Assembly: GCA_946408125.1 (NCBI GenBank)
Contig: CAMJQW010000005.1
Span: 2,697 to 66,696, forward strand
Reading direction: 5' to 3'
Length of the DNA stretch: 64,000 nucleotides
DNA from: an uncultured Fibrobacter sp.
Lineage (GTDB): Bacteria > Fibrobacterota > Fibrobacteria > Fibrobacterales > Fibrobacteraceae
How positions within the stretch are numbered: the first letter of the stretch is position 1; each line of letters begins with the position of its first letter. Below the pieces are notes generated by a model. The model saw nothing but the letters and a program-made list of their open reading frames with translations. It did no database searches and was not told the origin of the DNA. Of the stretch, positions 28,467 through 38,936 are shown in pieces. Made by a program: the position numbers and the translations under genes.

Positions 28467-28994
28467 ATGTTTTACAAGCATTGGCAAAAATTAGCATTGG
28501 CTTTAACCGGGTTTTTCTGGTTCGCATGCGACAGCGACACCACCTCGGCAAACGGAGCCGAAGAACCGCAAAGCAGCGCCGTGGAAGAGAATTCCAGTTC
28601 CTCCTTTACAAAAATTATGCCTGCTTACGGCGTGGAGATGGATTATTCCAGTTCCTCAGAAGTAACCCCGGAATCGTCCAGCAGCCTCGAAGTCATTGTC
28701 ACCCCTCTCTACGGAGTCCAAGTGGACCAGTTCGTCTGTACGCAACGGGGAGGAGAAAGCAAATTCCAGTGTACGGACGGGAATACCTGCGAGAAATCCG
28801 TAGAGGAAACCTGGGAACCCGAATTTGAATGCTTCGAAGGCATTTGTCCGGACTACGGCGTTGTTTCCATTTCCAAAAATGTTTACAAGTGCAGTGACGG
28901 GAAAACGTACAGTGAAGCGGAATTCTTAGCAAAATACAACACCATTGTCGAAGAAGTCCCTCTCTACGGAATTCAAGCTTCATTCAAAAAATAA
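28467..28994 (+). CDS. Lipoprotein with four P-x-Y-G-(V/I) motifs
   Basis: ATG behind GGAGGA; FWFAC lipobox; PAYGV, PLYGV, PDYGV, PLYGI; six further Cys. Confidence 0.78.
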   Translation: MFYKHWQKLALALTGFFWFACDSDTTSANGAEEPQSSAVEENSSSSFTKIMPAYGVEMDYSSSSEVTPESSSSLEVIVTPLYGVQVDQFVCTQRGGESKFQCTDGNTCEKSVEETWEPEFECFEGICPDYGVVSISKNVYKCSDGKTYSEAEFLAKYNTIVEEVPLYGIQASFKK

Positions 28995-29012
28995 GCTTCT
29001 CTCTTTAAAACG

Positions 29013-29051
29013 AAAGGCGGAATCGACATCACGATTCCGCCTATTTTTTTT
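29013..29051. terminator. Terminator between convergent genes
   Basis: AGGCGGAATCG-acatca-CGATTCCGCCT stem plus a T-run. Confidence 0.85.
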
Positions 29052-29069
29052 GAGGAGTATTAAGAAGTT

Positions 29070-30710
29070 TTAGTTCAACGCAGGCGTTTCCCAGTCAATC
29101 CATTCGGACTTGTTCCACTTAATCTGTTCATTGTTCTTGGTGTAGTCAATCTTGCCCGTCTTGGCGTCCTTGCCGAGCAGGAACTTGTTGATGAAGTCCT
29201 TCACCTCGTCAAACTGTCCGTTCGGAAGCTGGCAGTGGCCATGGCCGCCTTCCTGGCTGTAGGTGTAATTTTCGCTCACACCGAGGGCGTCGAAGACTTC
29301 CTTGCTGGCCTGGCCGCAGTAGTTCGACGGGACTTCGCCAAGCCATTCCTGGCCCGCATTGTCGATAACGAGGAGCGCACGCGGAGCGACCATGCTCACG
29401 AGCATATGCTGGTCGAACGGGAGCGTATTTTCCTTGCCATCGTAGTTCTTGAAGCTGGAAATCATCCACTTGCCTTCGGTACCGGCACTGCTCAGACCCT
29501 GCACGAACTGCTTGCCCTTCTGCTTGTTGACCTGGGCACCGACACGCCAGAGGGAAGCGCCACCCGAGCCAGATTCCTGCGGAATAGTAAGGGCGATACG
29601 TTCATCGAATGCACCCACGGCAAGCGTACCCTTGCCCCAGCGAGAGCAACCTGTCATGGCGAGGTGATGCACGTCGATACCCGCTTCCGGAGTCTTTTCG
29701 AGAGCGTCGATAATGCGGCTTACGCCCCATGCCCATGCAATGATGGTGCCCTGGCCCTGGTTATAAAGCTGGAAGAACATGCCGCCACCGCTTTCGGGAG
29801 CGACGTCGTCCGGGTTGAAAGTAATCATGGCAATGTCAAGGCCGTTGGTCGCATTGCCGAGGCTTCCGCAACCGCCCATCATGCCGCCACCAAAGCCGAT
29901 AAGTGCCGGCTTCGGATTGTCCTTGGTACCCGCGTTGCTGATCTTCACGGAGAACTTGCCCGATTTGCCCTTGTCGGTCACGTTGATGGTGAGCGTTCCG
30001 CCGGAGTAGGAACCTTCGACCTTTTCGGGATTGCGCGGCTTGGTACCGAACATCAGTTTTTCGTACATGGCACCGATTTCTTCGCGACGGCACTTCCAGT
30101 CGGCCTTCGTAGAAATCCTCTTGCCGTCGAGACCCATGAACGGATCGGGCAACTTGGCGTTGTTCACGCTGGTAGGAATGTTGCCAATCTGGCATTCGCT
30201 ACGGTGGTCTTCCACGAAGTCGGAAGATGGCTGAACCGGTCCGACATCGACGCTGCTGCTAGACACTGCAACAACTTCGGAACTAGAACTGCTCCTGTGA
30301 TGTCCGCCAGAAGACAATTTGACGGTTGAACTAGAGCTTCTACCGATATGTCCGCTAGACGCCGGGCCAACTTCCGAACTCGAACTGCCCACTACAATGC
30401 TACTGGAAACAGGCGGTTCGACCGCGCCCGAACTCTCCGGAGGCAACGTACCGGAACTGGCCGGCAGAGCCTCTGCAGAACTCAACGGAGTATCTCCAGC
30501 GGAACTGAACAAGTCTGCCCCTGAGCCTTGATTCGCCGCATTGATAGAATCCTGGAGGGCCTGATTGGCCGAGTCGGCGTTAAATGCGCCGTACTGCTCC
30601 AAGAGACATTCTTCTGTTAAACATTCCGCAGTGGACGCGTTTTCGCCACCACAGGCCCATAAACCGAAGGCCACGCCGGCCAACGGCATAATAATTTTTA
30701 TCGATTTCAT
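29070..30710 (-). CDS. CE15 glucuronoyl esterase lipoprotein
   Basis: LWAC lipobox, long Ser-rich linker, LPDPF, AWAWGVSRIIDAL, catalytic GCSRWGK, PQESGSGG and LPFDQH. Confidence 0.92.
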   Translation of the reverse strand: MKSIKIIMPLAGVAFGLWACGGENASTAECLTEECLLEQYGAFNADSANQALQDSINAANQGSGADLFSSAGDTPLSSAEALPASSGTLPPESSGAVEPPVSSSIVVGSSSSEVGPASSGHIGRSSSSTVKLSSGGHHRSSSSSEVVAVSSSSVDVGPVQPSSDFVEDHRSECQIGNIPTSVNNAKLPDPFMGLDGKRISTKADWKCRREEIGAMYEKLMFGTKPRNPEKVEGSYSGGTLTINVTDKGKSGKFSVKISNAGTKDNPKPALIGFGGGMMGGCGSLGNATNGLDIAMITFNPDDVAPESGGGMFFQLYNQGQGTIIAWAWGVSRIIDALEKTPEAGIDVHHLAMTGCSRWGKGTLAVGAFDERIALTIPQESGSGGASLWRVGAQVNKQKGKQFVQGLSSAGTEGKWMISSFKNYDGKENTLPFDQHMLVSMVAPRALLVIDNAGQEWLGEVPSNYCGQASKEVFDALGVSENYTYSQEGGHGHCQLPNGQFDEVKDFINKFLLGKDAKTGKIDYTKNNEQIKWNKSEWIDWETPALN

Positions 30711-30916
30711 AACCAACCCCCATCAGGCTACCGTGAATTCGGTAATCCTTCAGGCTAATATAAAATATATTCTGTTTTTCCCATTTTTGGACAAAAATGG
30801 AACTTTTCGTTGTGATTTTTTACAACAATCTGGCAAATTTTCTTTTTATATCTTTATTTTTGGATTATTTCTGCATTTTAGGCCATTCCGGAGCCCATTT
30901 ATATAATAAATTATAC

Positions 30917-33064
30917 ATGATGGATACTCTCAATCTGACAACGAATGAAGTGCACATCGTAAACGTGCTCTTGAAGAAAAATCCCGAGCTCAACGAGGAT
31001 GTCTTAAAGAGTGCCGTTGCCTTTATCGCCGAAGCCCACAACGGCCAATACCGCAAGAGCGGTATGCCCTACACAGAACATCCCTATGAAGTCGCAAAGA
31101 TCCTTGCCGACCTGAAACAGGACCAGGCCACGGTGCTTGCCGGCCTGCTGCACGACGTAGTAGAAGACACCCCGCACACCCTCAAGGAAATTTCCGAAAA
31201 ATTCGGCGAAGACACCGCATTCATGGTGGATGCGGTAACAAAAATTACCGCGGTACAGGAATCGAGCAAGACCGCCCAGAAAGCGGGCACCTACCGCAAG
31301 CTCATTACCGCCATGGCGAAAGACCCCCGCGTCATCATGATCAAGATCGCGGACCGCATCCACAACATGCGCACCATGCAGTACATGAAGCCCGAAAAGC
31401 GCAAGCAGATCGCGCAGGAAACGCTCGACATCTATGTTCCGCTCACCCACCGTTTCGGTCTCTACAAGCTCAAGACCGAGCTCGAGGACCTGAGTTTCAA
31501 GTACGTAAACCCGGTCGAATACCAGAAACTGGTGGACGCCCTCATCGAAGGCAAGGACAAGCGCGAGAAATACGTCCAGTCCGTCATCGGCCCCTTGCAG
31601 ATCAAGATGGCGCTCGAAGATTTCGACTGCACGATCCAGGGCCGCACCAAGAACATCTACAGCATCTACAACAAGATGCTCAGCCGCGACTGCCAGTTCG
31701 AGGATATTTTCGACATTTTCGCGATACGAATCATCGTGGAGACGATTCCCGAATGCTACCTCGCCCTCGGTTACGTCCACAACCTTTGGACCCCGTTGCA
31801 GAGCCGCTTCAAGGATTATATCGCGACCCCGAAGCCGAACCTGTACCAGAGCATTCACACCACCGTCATCGGCCCCGAAAACAAGATGGTCGAAGTCCAG
31901 ATACGAACGAAGGACATGGACCTGACCGCCGAAAAGGGATTCGCCGCCCACTGGGCATACAAGATGGAAACCCAGCACGAGGGCGAAGAACTCGCGTGGC
32001 TCGACCACATGGTGAAGTTACAGTCCGAAATCGAGGACAGCAAGGAATACCTGGACTTCTTGAAGGTGGACCTCAAGCCCGAGGGCATGACCGTATTTAC
32101 GCCGAAGGGCGCCTCCATTGAACTGCCCGAAGGGGCCATCGTCCTCGACTTCGCCTTCGCGGTCCATACGGAATTGGGCCTGCACTGCATCGGCGCCCGC
32201 ATCAACGAAGAGGTCGTTAGCCTGGACAAGCCCGTACCGCACGGCGCCACCATCCAGATCTTGAAGAGCCCTGCCCAAGAGCCGAGTCCCGAATGGCTCG
32301 ACATGGTAAAAACCGTCAAGGCGAAGCAGGAACTGCGCAAGTGGATGAAGACGAGCATCATCCAACAGTCCCTGGATTTGGGGAAGGAAATCTGGACACG
32401 CGAACTCCGCCTTGCAAAGATTGAGAAAGACAAGCGGCCCAACGAGGCGGACATCAACAAATACTTCGGCACTATGAGTCTCGACGACTTCTACGAGCGC
32501 ATTGGCCAGGGCGAGCTCCCGTTACAGGACGTCCACCGTTTCCTGACGGGCGAAGACATCGTCACAAAGGATGCCTCCGCGCTCCGTTTCTTCCCGACTT
32601 TCGGCAAGGACAAGAAGAGCGTCCACAGCGACGAGATGCCGCTGATGATCGGGCAGGAAACCAGCCTTCTCATCCATTTCGCCTCTTGTTGCGGACCCCT
32701 CCCCGGAGACAAAATCGTCGGCGTGATGCGTCCGAAAACCGGTATCGAGGTTCACAACGAGAACTGTCCCTGCCTGAAGGACTTCCCCATCGAGCAGCAG
32801 CTGCCCGTAGAATGGAGTGCCGATGTATCGAAACCGTTCACGACGCACCTCACCATCATTACGGATAACCGCAGGAACATCACGCTCGACATATTGCAGG
32901 AACTCAAGAACGCCGGACTAAACCTGGAGCGCATGAGTGTCGCAAGCACCGAATCCTCCGGCAGGATCCGTATGGAATTCAAGGCCTTCCGCAAGGAACA
33001 AGTCGACGGCATGATGAACAAGATTCAAAAGATTAACGGCGTGCGGGAGGTCACCAAGGCATGA
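30917..33064 (+). CDS. relA: Bifunctional (p)ppGpp synthase/hydrolase (long RSH)
   Basis: AHNGQYRKSG-x-PY-x-x-HP, LLHDVVED, KIADRIHNMRT, RFKDYI, YQSIHT, EVQIRT, TGS (FTPKG...DFAFAVHT), CC motif and ACT domain. Start placed at ATG 30917. Confidence 0.94.
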   Translation: MMDTLNLTTNEVHIVNVLLKKNPELNEDVLKSAVAFIAEAHNGQYRKSGMPYTEHPYEVAKILADLKQDQATVLAGLLHDVVEDTPHTLKEISEKFGEDTAFMVDAVTKITAVQESSKTAQKAGTYRKLITAMAKDPRVIMIKIADRIHNMRTMQYMKPEKRKQIAQETLDIYVPLTHRFGLYKLKTELEDLSFKYVNPVEYQKLVDALIEGKDKREKYVQSVIGPLQIKMALEDFDCTIQGRTKNIYSIYNKMLSRDCQFEDIFDIFAIRIIVETIPECYLALGYVHNLWTPLQSRFKDYIATPKPNLYQSIHTTVIGPENKMVEVQIRTKDMDLTAEKGFAAHWAYKMETQHEGEELAWLDHMVKLQSEIEDSKEYLDFLKVDLKPEGMTVFTPKGASIELPEGAIVLDFAFAVHTELGLHCIGARINEEVVSLDKPVPHGATIQILKSPAQEPSPEWLDMVKTVKAKQELRKWMKTSIIQQSLDLGKEIWTRELRLAKIEKDKRPNEADINKYFGTMSLDDFYERIGQGELPLQDVHRFLTGEDIVTKDASALRFFPTFGKDKKSVHSDEMPLMIGQETSLLIHFASCCGPLPGDKIVGVMRPKTGIEVHNENCPCLKDFPIEQQLPVEWSADVSKPFTTHLTIITDNRRNITLDILQELKNAGLNLERMSVASTESSGRIRMEFKAFRKEQVDGMMNKIQKINGVREVTKA

Positions 33065-33648
33065 TTACCCCTCTGCACCATAGCGACTACACCCTCAAGA
33101 ACCGCGCATTCAACTGCCGCATGCGCAACCGCTACTACGAGGAAGTCTACTACGCCTTCAGGGCGTTATTGCCAAGCGATCCGACAGGCTCTTCCAACAG
33201 CGGGCTCGATGCCGCCTGGTTCGAGAACCTGAGCAAGGAAGTCCGCCGGTACGAGCACCTCATCACGACATGTCTCGAATATGCGCAGGCAGCCATCTTC
33301 TACGGCAAGGCCGATTACGCTACGCTGTATTCCAAGGACAAGCGCTGGGGTATATTGCAAGAAGAAATCTTCCTCGTGCACTTTTTGCAGGAACTGCTAT
33401 CCACCATCCGCTACATCATCACGCGATTGGATACCGACAAGATGCTCCAAGACTGGAGCAGCACCATCCAGGATATGAAGGCGAAGCCCGTACGCTACGG
33501 ATTCGTCAACTCCATCCAGGAAAAGCTCAACGCCATGTCCACGGCGACCATCGACGAATTTAAGGACCTCCTCAAACACGTTCTAGACCGATTCCAGATT
33601 GGCAACACTCTGTTCGGAACCGTACAGGAGCTGCAGAACTTCTACTAA
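33061..33648 (+). CDS. Hypothetical alpha-helical protein
   Basis: ATGA overlap with relA and 12 nt before nuoA. No family recognised. Confidence 0.75.
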   Translation: MITPLHHSDYTLKNRAFNCRMRNRYYEEVYYAFRALLPSDPTGSSNSGLDAAWFENLSKEVRRYEHLITTCLEYAQAAIFYGKADYATLYSKDKRWGILQEEIFLVHFLQELLSTIRYIITRLDTDKMLQDWSSTIQDMKAKPVRYGFVNSIQEKLNAMSTATIDEFKDLLKHVLDRFQIGNTLFGTVQELQNFY

Positions 33649-33660
33649 TGACTAACGACT

Positions 33661-34041
33661 ATGTCTGAATACATCATCCTATCAATCTTCCTTTTCCTGG
33701 GCGCATTCATCGCCGCCGCGGCGACCGTCACGGGACTCTTGCTCGGCTACCGCACCAAGAACACGAAGAACAAGATGGCCCCTTACGAATGCGGCATGGA
33801 GACCATCGGCAACGCCCGCATCCAGTTCAAGGTAGGCTACTACCTCTTCGCACTTCTGTTCCTGGTATTTGACATCGAAACCCTTTTCCTGTTCCCCGTC
33901 ATGATGAACTTCAAGGAAATTATGGCCGGACACACGGACCTTTCTCCCGCGATCGTCGTAATTGACCTCGTAATATTCATAGCGATTCTCGTTTCGGGAC
34001 TCGCCTACGCTTGGAAAAAAGGAATTCTCAAATGGGAATAA
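33661..34041 (+). CDS. nuoA: NADH-quinone oxidoreductase subunit A
   Basis: [19 protein letters not shown] and [10 protein letters not shown]. Confidence 0.95.
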   Translation: MSEYIILSIFLFLGAFIAAAATVTGLLLGYRTKNTKNKMAPYECGMETIGNARIQFKVGYYLFALLFLVFDIETLFLFPVMMNFKEIMAGHTDLSPAIVVIDLVIFIAILVSGLAYAWKKGILKWE

Positions 34042-35291
34042 TCAATCTTGCACCTAAGGTCCTTGACCCGATTCCCGGTGGCAAGTATGTCGTGAACGCC
34101 ATCGACTACGTGGTGAATTGGGCGCGAGCCAATTCCATCTGGCCATTGACCTACGGAACAAGCTGCTGCGCCATCGAAATGATGTCGAGCTCCATGGCCC
34201 GCTACGACATTGCACGCTTCGGAAGCGAAGTGTTCCGCGCATCGCCACGCCAGGCAGACCTCTTTATTCTTGCAGGGACAATCACCCGCCGCATGGCCCC
34301 GGCCATCCAGATGCTCTGGGAACAGATTCCCGGACCGAAGTACGCGATTGCCATGGGAGCATGCACCATCAGCGGCGGCCCCTTCATCTATGACAACTAC
34401 GCCGTCGTCCGCGGAGCACAGAACCTGATCCCGGTCGACGTTTTCGTTCCCGGATGCCCGCCGCGCCCCGAAGCGCTTTTCCACGGCCTCCTGACCTTGC
34501 GTGAAAAGATCCTCAAGGAAACGTGCCGCAAGCCATGGCACGAAGGATTGCCCAAGGACGTTTCCACCATGGACCGCTACCGCGAAGCGGCAAAGACATG
34601 GGCAGCCCTCGAAGAAATGAAAGACGAGGAAATGGCCGAAGCCCGCGCCAAGTTCAAGGAAGAGCATCCCGATTACAAGTCGAGCTACAAGCCCATCCGC
34701 ATAAAGAAGGAAGACTTCCCCGAAGTGGAGCGCAAGCCTTTCCGCAGGGTCGGCCTCACGCAGTTGGAACTGTACCAGAAACTGACGGCTAAATTCCCGA
34801 ATATCACGTTCCACACCCACAGCGAAGAACCCGTCGAGACCGTGCTCGCAAACGCACCCGCCGACCGTCCGCTCGAAGTGATGGTGGAACCCGAGGATTA
34901 TCTCGCCGCCGTCGAATTCGTGAAGAACGATCCCGAATTCAAGATGGATTTCTTGATTGACGTGACTGCCATCGACTACGATGACCATTTCGATTTGGTC
35001 ACCCAGCTCCGGAGCATCGAAGTCGGGCACAAGATTTTCCTCTGCGTTCAGCTGAAAAAGGATTTCTCGATTCCCGAGGAAAAGCGTCCCACGTCGCTTT
35101 TGGCTAGCGTTCCTACCATCAGCCACCTCTACCCTGCTGCAGAAATCAAGGAACGCGAAGTCTACGACATGTTCGGCATCGATTTCGCGGGCCATCCCGA
35201 CCAGCGCCGCATCTTCCTCGACAAGGACTTCGTGGGTTACCCGCTGCGCAAGGACTTCTCGCACCCCGAAATGATCAGGAGGCCCCTATGA
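34032..35291 (+). CDS. nuoBC: Fused NADH-quinone oxidoreductase subunits B and C
   Basis: N-terminal [22 protein letters not shown] and VPGCPPRPE (NuoB); C-terminal [17 protein letters not shown]-x-F-x-GHP and YPLRKDF (NuoC), in one frame. Confidence 0.92.
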   Translation: MGIINLAPKVLDPIPGGKYVVNAIDYVVNWARANSIWPLTYGTSCCAIEMMSSSMARYDIARFGSEVFRASPRQADLFILAGTITRRMAPAIQMLWEQIPGPKYAIAMGACTISGGPFIYDNYAVVRGAQNLIPVDVFVPGCPPRPEALFHGLLTLREKILKETCRKPWHEGLPKDVSTMDRYREAAKTWAALEEMKDEEMAEARAKFKEEHPDYKSSYKPIRIKKEDFPEVERKPFRRVGLTQLELYQKLTAKFPNITFHTHSEEPVETVLANAPADRPLEVMVEPEDYLAAVEFVKNDPEFKMDFLIDVTAIDYDDHFDLVTQLRSIEVGHKIFLCVQLKKDFSIPEEKRPTSLLASVPTISHLYPAAEIKEREVYDMFGIDFAGHPDQRRIFLDKDFVGYPLRKDFSHPEMIRRPL

Positions 35292-36439
35292 GTCAGCCTC
35301 TCTTTTCGAAATTGCCTCCGGGATTCCGCATCCAGCGCGAAACGAATACGGAAGAATTTTTCATCAACATGGGTCCGCAGCACCCGAGTACGCACGGTGC
35401 GCTCAGACTCACGTTGCGCATGGACGGCGAAACCATCGTAGAGCTCGTACCGCACTTCGGATACATCCACCGCGGTATGGAAAAGCAGGCGGAATCGATG
35501 AGTTACCTGCAATATATCGCGCTTAGCGACCGCCAGGACTACCTCACCGCCATTCAAAACAATCTGGGCGTCGTCATCGCGCTCGAAAAGGGCATGAACG
35601 TGGGCGTTCCCGAGAGGGGCGAATACATTCGCGTGATGTTACAGGAACTTGGTCGCATCGCTTCCCACCTCGTGTTCTACGGCTGCTTCGGCGGCGACCT
35701 CGGCGGACAAACTTGCCTGCTGTTCGGGTTCAAGGAACGCGAGATGATTCACGACATTCTTGAAGAGGTGACCGGTTCGCGTCTTACAACGAATTTCTTC
35801 AGGCCGGGCGGAAGCCGCTACGATGTTCCAGACACGTTCATTCCGCGCGTGAAGGCATTCCTCGACCACCTGGAAGGTGCCATGCGCGATTACGAGCGGT
35901 TCCTCTCCAAGAACATCATCGTGCTCGAGCGAAGCATCGGCATCGGCGTGCTCACCAAGGAAGACGCCATTGCCTACGGATGTTCGGGTCCCGTGCTGCG
36001 TGCCAGCGGAGTCGAATTCGACGTGCGCAGGGCAAATCCCTACAGCATCTACGACCAGTTCGACTTCGACATTCCCGTATTCCATAACGGCGACTGCTAC
36101 GACCGCTACAAGATCCGCATTGCAGAAATTCATGAATCCATGAAGATCTTGCGCCAGTGCATTGACAAATTCCCGAAAGAAGGCCCCTGGCGCAGCAAGG
36201 AAAAGCCGGTGCGTCTCCCCGTCGGGCGTTACTACAGTGAAATTGAAACCGCGAAGGGCCTGTACGCGACCTACGTGGTGGCGGCGACGACGGGCGAAAA
36301 GCCCTATCGCATTCACACCCGCGGCCCCAGTTTTCCGCACATCGCCGCACTCAACAAGATGGTACAGGGCCACAAGATTTCCGACCTCGTGACCATCATG
36401 GCGACCCTCGACCCCGTCATTCCGGAAATTGACAGGTAA
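35288..36439 (+). CDS. nuoD: NADH-quinone oxidoreductase subunit D
   Basis: [17 protein letters not shown]-x-EK, DR-x-[10 protein letters not shown] and EIDR. Confidence 0.95.
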   Translation: MSQPLFSKLPPGFRIQRETNTEEFFINMGPQHPSTHGALRLTLRMDGETIVELVPHFGYIHRGMEKQAESMSYLQYIALSDRQDYLTAIQNNLGVVIALEKGMNVGVPERGEYIRVMLQELGRIASHLVFYGCFGGDLGGQTCLLFGFKEREMIHDILEEVTGSRLTTNFFRPGGSRYDVPDTFIPRVKAFLDHLEGAMRDYERFLSKNIIVLERSIGIGVLTKEDAIAYGCSGPVLRASGVEFDVRRANPYSIYDQFDFDIPVFHNGDCYDRYKIRIAEIHESMKILRQCIDKFPKEGPWRSKEKPVRLPVGRYYSEIETAKGLYATYVVAATTGEKPYRIHTRGPSFPHIAALNKMVQGHKISDLVTIMATLDPVIPEIDR

Positions 36440-36442
36440 AGT

Positions 36443-37564
36443 ATGTTTGTTCCTTCTGTAACAAATCCTGTAGGCGACTTTGTTCGAGAATGGGTTCCGA
36501 AACTTGCGGAATTCCTGCCGGCAAGCCTCCAGTCCGACACGCTCAACAGCGTTGTCGCATTCCTCGTGAACGCACTCATTTGCGTTGTCGCGGTCTGTGC
36601 CGTGAACATCGGCTCGGCCCCCATCCTCATTTACATGGAGCGCAAGGTCTGTGCCCACGTGCAATGTCGCTTGGGCCCCATGCGCCTCGGCTGGCACGGA
36701 ACCATCCAGACCATCGCCGACGTGATCAAGATGCTCTTCAAGGAAGTGTACGCCCCGAGCGGCGCCGACAAGCTGATGTTCTACATGGCACCGCTCATCG
36801 TGCTCATCGCGCCATTCATCGTCTGCGCCCTCATTCCCTTCAGCCGCGATCTCGTTGTCGCGGATGTTTCGATGGGTATCCCGATGATTATTGCCGTGAA
36901 CGGGTTCGGCGTGCTGGGCATCCTGCTTGGCGGATGGAGCAGCAACAACAAGTATTCCCTGCTCGGCGCCCTCCGCAGCGGCGCCCAGATGATCAGCTAC
37001 GAAATCTCGTTTGCGATGATCCTCCTGTTCGTCGTGATGATTTCGGGTTCCACGAACCTCATGAGCATAACGCTCGGGCAAGAAGGCACCATCTTTGACT
37101 GGTGGATTTTCAAGATTCCCGTACTCGGATTCATCGCGTTCATCCTATTCTTCATTTCGAGTACCGCCGAAATGAACCGCGCGCCCTTCGACATCGCCGA
37201 AGCGGAGCAGGAACTCACGGGCGGCTACCATACGGAATATAACGGTACGCCGTTCGCCATGTTCTATCTCGCCGAATACATCGCGCTCATCACGAACTCG
37301 GCGCTCGCCACCACGTGCTTCCTCGGCGGTTTTCTGCCGCCCTGCATCGGCATTACCGCCATCGACAACGTGCTGAACATGGTGCCGGGAGTCGTGTGGT
37401 TCTTTGCGAAGGTCTACTTCATGATCTGGTGCTACATGATGGTCCGCTGGACATTCGTCCGTCCGCGCGTAGACCAGCTGATGGACTTCGAATGGAAATT
37501 TTTGTTGCCCGTTAACCTCGTGCTGCTTGTAGTAGGCGCAGCCTACATCACCATCGGGGGGTAA
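36443..37564 (+). CDS. nuoH: NADH-quinone oxidoreductase subunit H
   Basis: ERKV-x-A-x-x-Q-x-R-x-GP, SNNKYSLLGALR, AE-x-NRAPFD-x-x-EAEQEL and RPR-x-DQLM. Confidence 0.95.
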   Translation: MFVPSVTNPVGDFVREWVPKLAEFLPASLQSDTLNSVVAFLVNALICVVAVCAVNIGSAPILIYMERKVCAHVQCRLGPMRLGWHGTIQTIADVIKMLFKEVYAPSGADKLMFYMAPLIVLIAPFIVCALIPFSRDLVVADVSMGIPMIIAVNGFGVLGILLGGWSSNNKYSLLGALRSGAQMISYEISFAMILLFVVMISGSTNLMSITLGQEGTIFDWWIFKIPVLGFIAFILFFISSTAEMNRAPFDIAEAEQELTGGYHTEYNGTPFAMFYLAEYIALITNSALATTCFLGGFLPPCIGITAIDNVLNMVPGVVWFFAKVYFMIWCYMMVRWTFVRPRVDQLMDFEWKFLLPVNLVLLVVGAAYITIGG

Positions 37565-37567
37565 GAC

Positions 37568-38041
37568 ATGCAAGAGAATATTACTTTACTCCAATATTTC
37601 AAGCGATACTTCAAGCGCTGCATCACGGGCCCGTGGAGCCTCATGTGCGGGCTTTCCGTTTCGCTCAAGTACTTCTTTGACCCGCGCCGCATCGTCACCG
37701 AGCAGTATCCCGAGAATAGGAAGACCCTCAAGATGCACGATCGTTATCGCGGCCGTCTCGAAATGATCGAGGATGCGGACGGGAACAACCTCTGCACCGC
37801 CTGCGGCATGTGCGAACGAGCCTGCCCGAACGCATCCATCAACGTGCTCGCCACCAAGAACATCGCCGGCAAGAAAGTGCTCGGCCGTTACGTCTACCAC
37901 TTCGCCAGCTGCACCCAATGCGGACTCTGCGTCGAAGCGTGCCCGTTCGGGGCCATCCGCATGAACCAGGATTTCGAAGTCGCAACGACGGACCCGAACT
38001 CGCTCGAAATGATTTTGAACAAGAAGGAGGGACAAGGATAA
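37568..38041 (+). CDS. nuoI: NADH-quinone oxidoreductase subunit I
   Basis: TEQYPE and two CxxCxxCxxxCP motifs. Confidence 0.95.
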   Translation: MQENITLLQYFKRYFKRCITGPWSLMCGLSVSLKYFFDPRRIVTEQYPENRKTLKMHDRYRGRLEMIEDADGNNLCTACGMCERACPNASINVLATKNIAGKKVLGRYVYHFASCTQCGLCVEACPFGAIRMNQDFEVATTDPNSLEMILNKKEGQG

Positions 38042-38634
38042 TGTTCCCGAACCTAGCCTTACCCGATATGCCGTTCACCTTCCCGCTGGGAGGAATGGAT
38101 ATCGCATTCTACGCGGTCGCTATCGTGATGCTCGTGACAGCGGTATTTACCGTCGCCGTGAAGAACATCTTGCAGAGCGCCGTATTCCTGATTTTCAGCT
38201 TCGTCACGACCGCGATTTTGTACCTGCTGCTGCATGCCGAATTCATTGCGCTTGCGCAGGTGATGGCCTACGTGGGTGGCGTCGTCATCCTCGTCGTGTT
38301 TACCATCCTCCTTACGACCCACCTGGGCGAAGACGCCTTCTCCACAAAGATTCCGCGACTCTTCGCGGCATTCTCGCTTTCCGCCGCTTTCGTATTCGTG
38401 ATGATCAAGTGCATCTTGCCGACACCGGACATTGCCGTTGCGACGCCCAGCGCACCTGAAGGTTATTCTTCGCTGCAGAGCTTCGCAATACGCCTGCTCG
38501 GTTACAGCCAGGACGGATTCATTATTCCCTTCGAGGTGGTGAGTGTCCTGTTGTTGATGACACTCATCTGTGCCATCACAGTTGCCCGTAAAACCAAGGA
38601 CGAAGTCGAAAAAGAAAAGGAGGTAAGACAATGA
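38041..38634 (+). CDS. nuoJ: NADH-quinone oxidoreductase subunit J
   Basis: AEFIALAQV-x-x-YVGG and PFEVVSVLLL; ATG 38041 overlaps the nuoI stop. Confidence 0.92.
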   Translation: MFPNLALPDMPFTFPLGGMDIAFYAVAIVMLVTAVFTVAVKNILQSAVFLIFSFVTTAILYLLLHAEFIALAQVMAYVGGVVILVVFTILLTTHLGEDAFSTKIPRLFAAFSLSAAFVFVMIKCILPTPDIAVATPSAPEGYSSLQSFAIRLLGYSQDGFIIPFEVVSVLLLMTLICAITVARKTKDEVEKEKEVRQ

Positions 38635-38936
38635 CCCTTCTCAATTGCCTTATCCTCGCCTTCCTCCTGTTCGGCATCGGCGTATGGGGTCTCATGCGTA
38701 GGCGCCATCTCGTCGGAATGCTCATTTCGATCGAACTCATGTTGAATGCGGCCAACATCAACTTTATCAGTTTTGCCTACTTTACCGCACACGACTCGAC
38801 TGCGGGTGCCTTGTTCAGTATTTTCGTCATTGCCGTGACCGCCTGCGAAATGGCGATTGCGCTAGCCATCATCGTCACCATGTACCGCCGGCACAAGAGT
38901 CTTGACGCAGATCAGTTGAGGGACCTCCATGATTAG
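38631..38936 (+). CDS. nuoK: NADH-quinone oxidoreductase subunit K
   Basis: LISIELMLNAANINF and A-x-E-x-AIALA. Confidence 0.95.
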   Translation: MTLLNCLILAFLLFGIGVWGLMRRRHLVGMLISIELMLNAANINFISFAYFTAHDSTAGALFSIFVIAVTACEMAIALAIIVTMYRRHKSLDADQLRDLHD

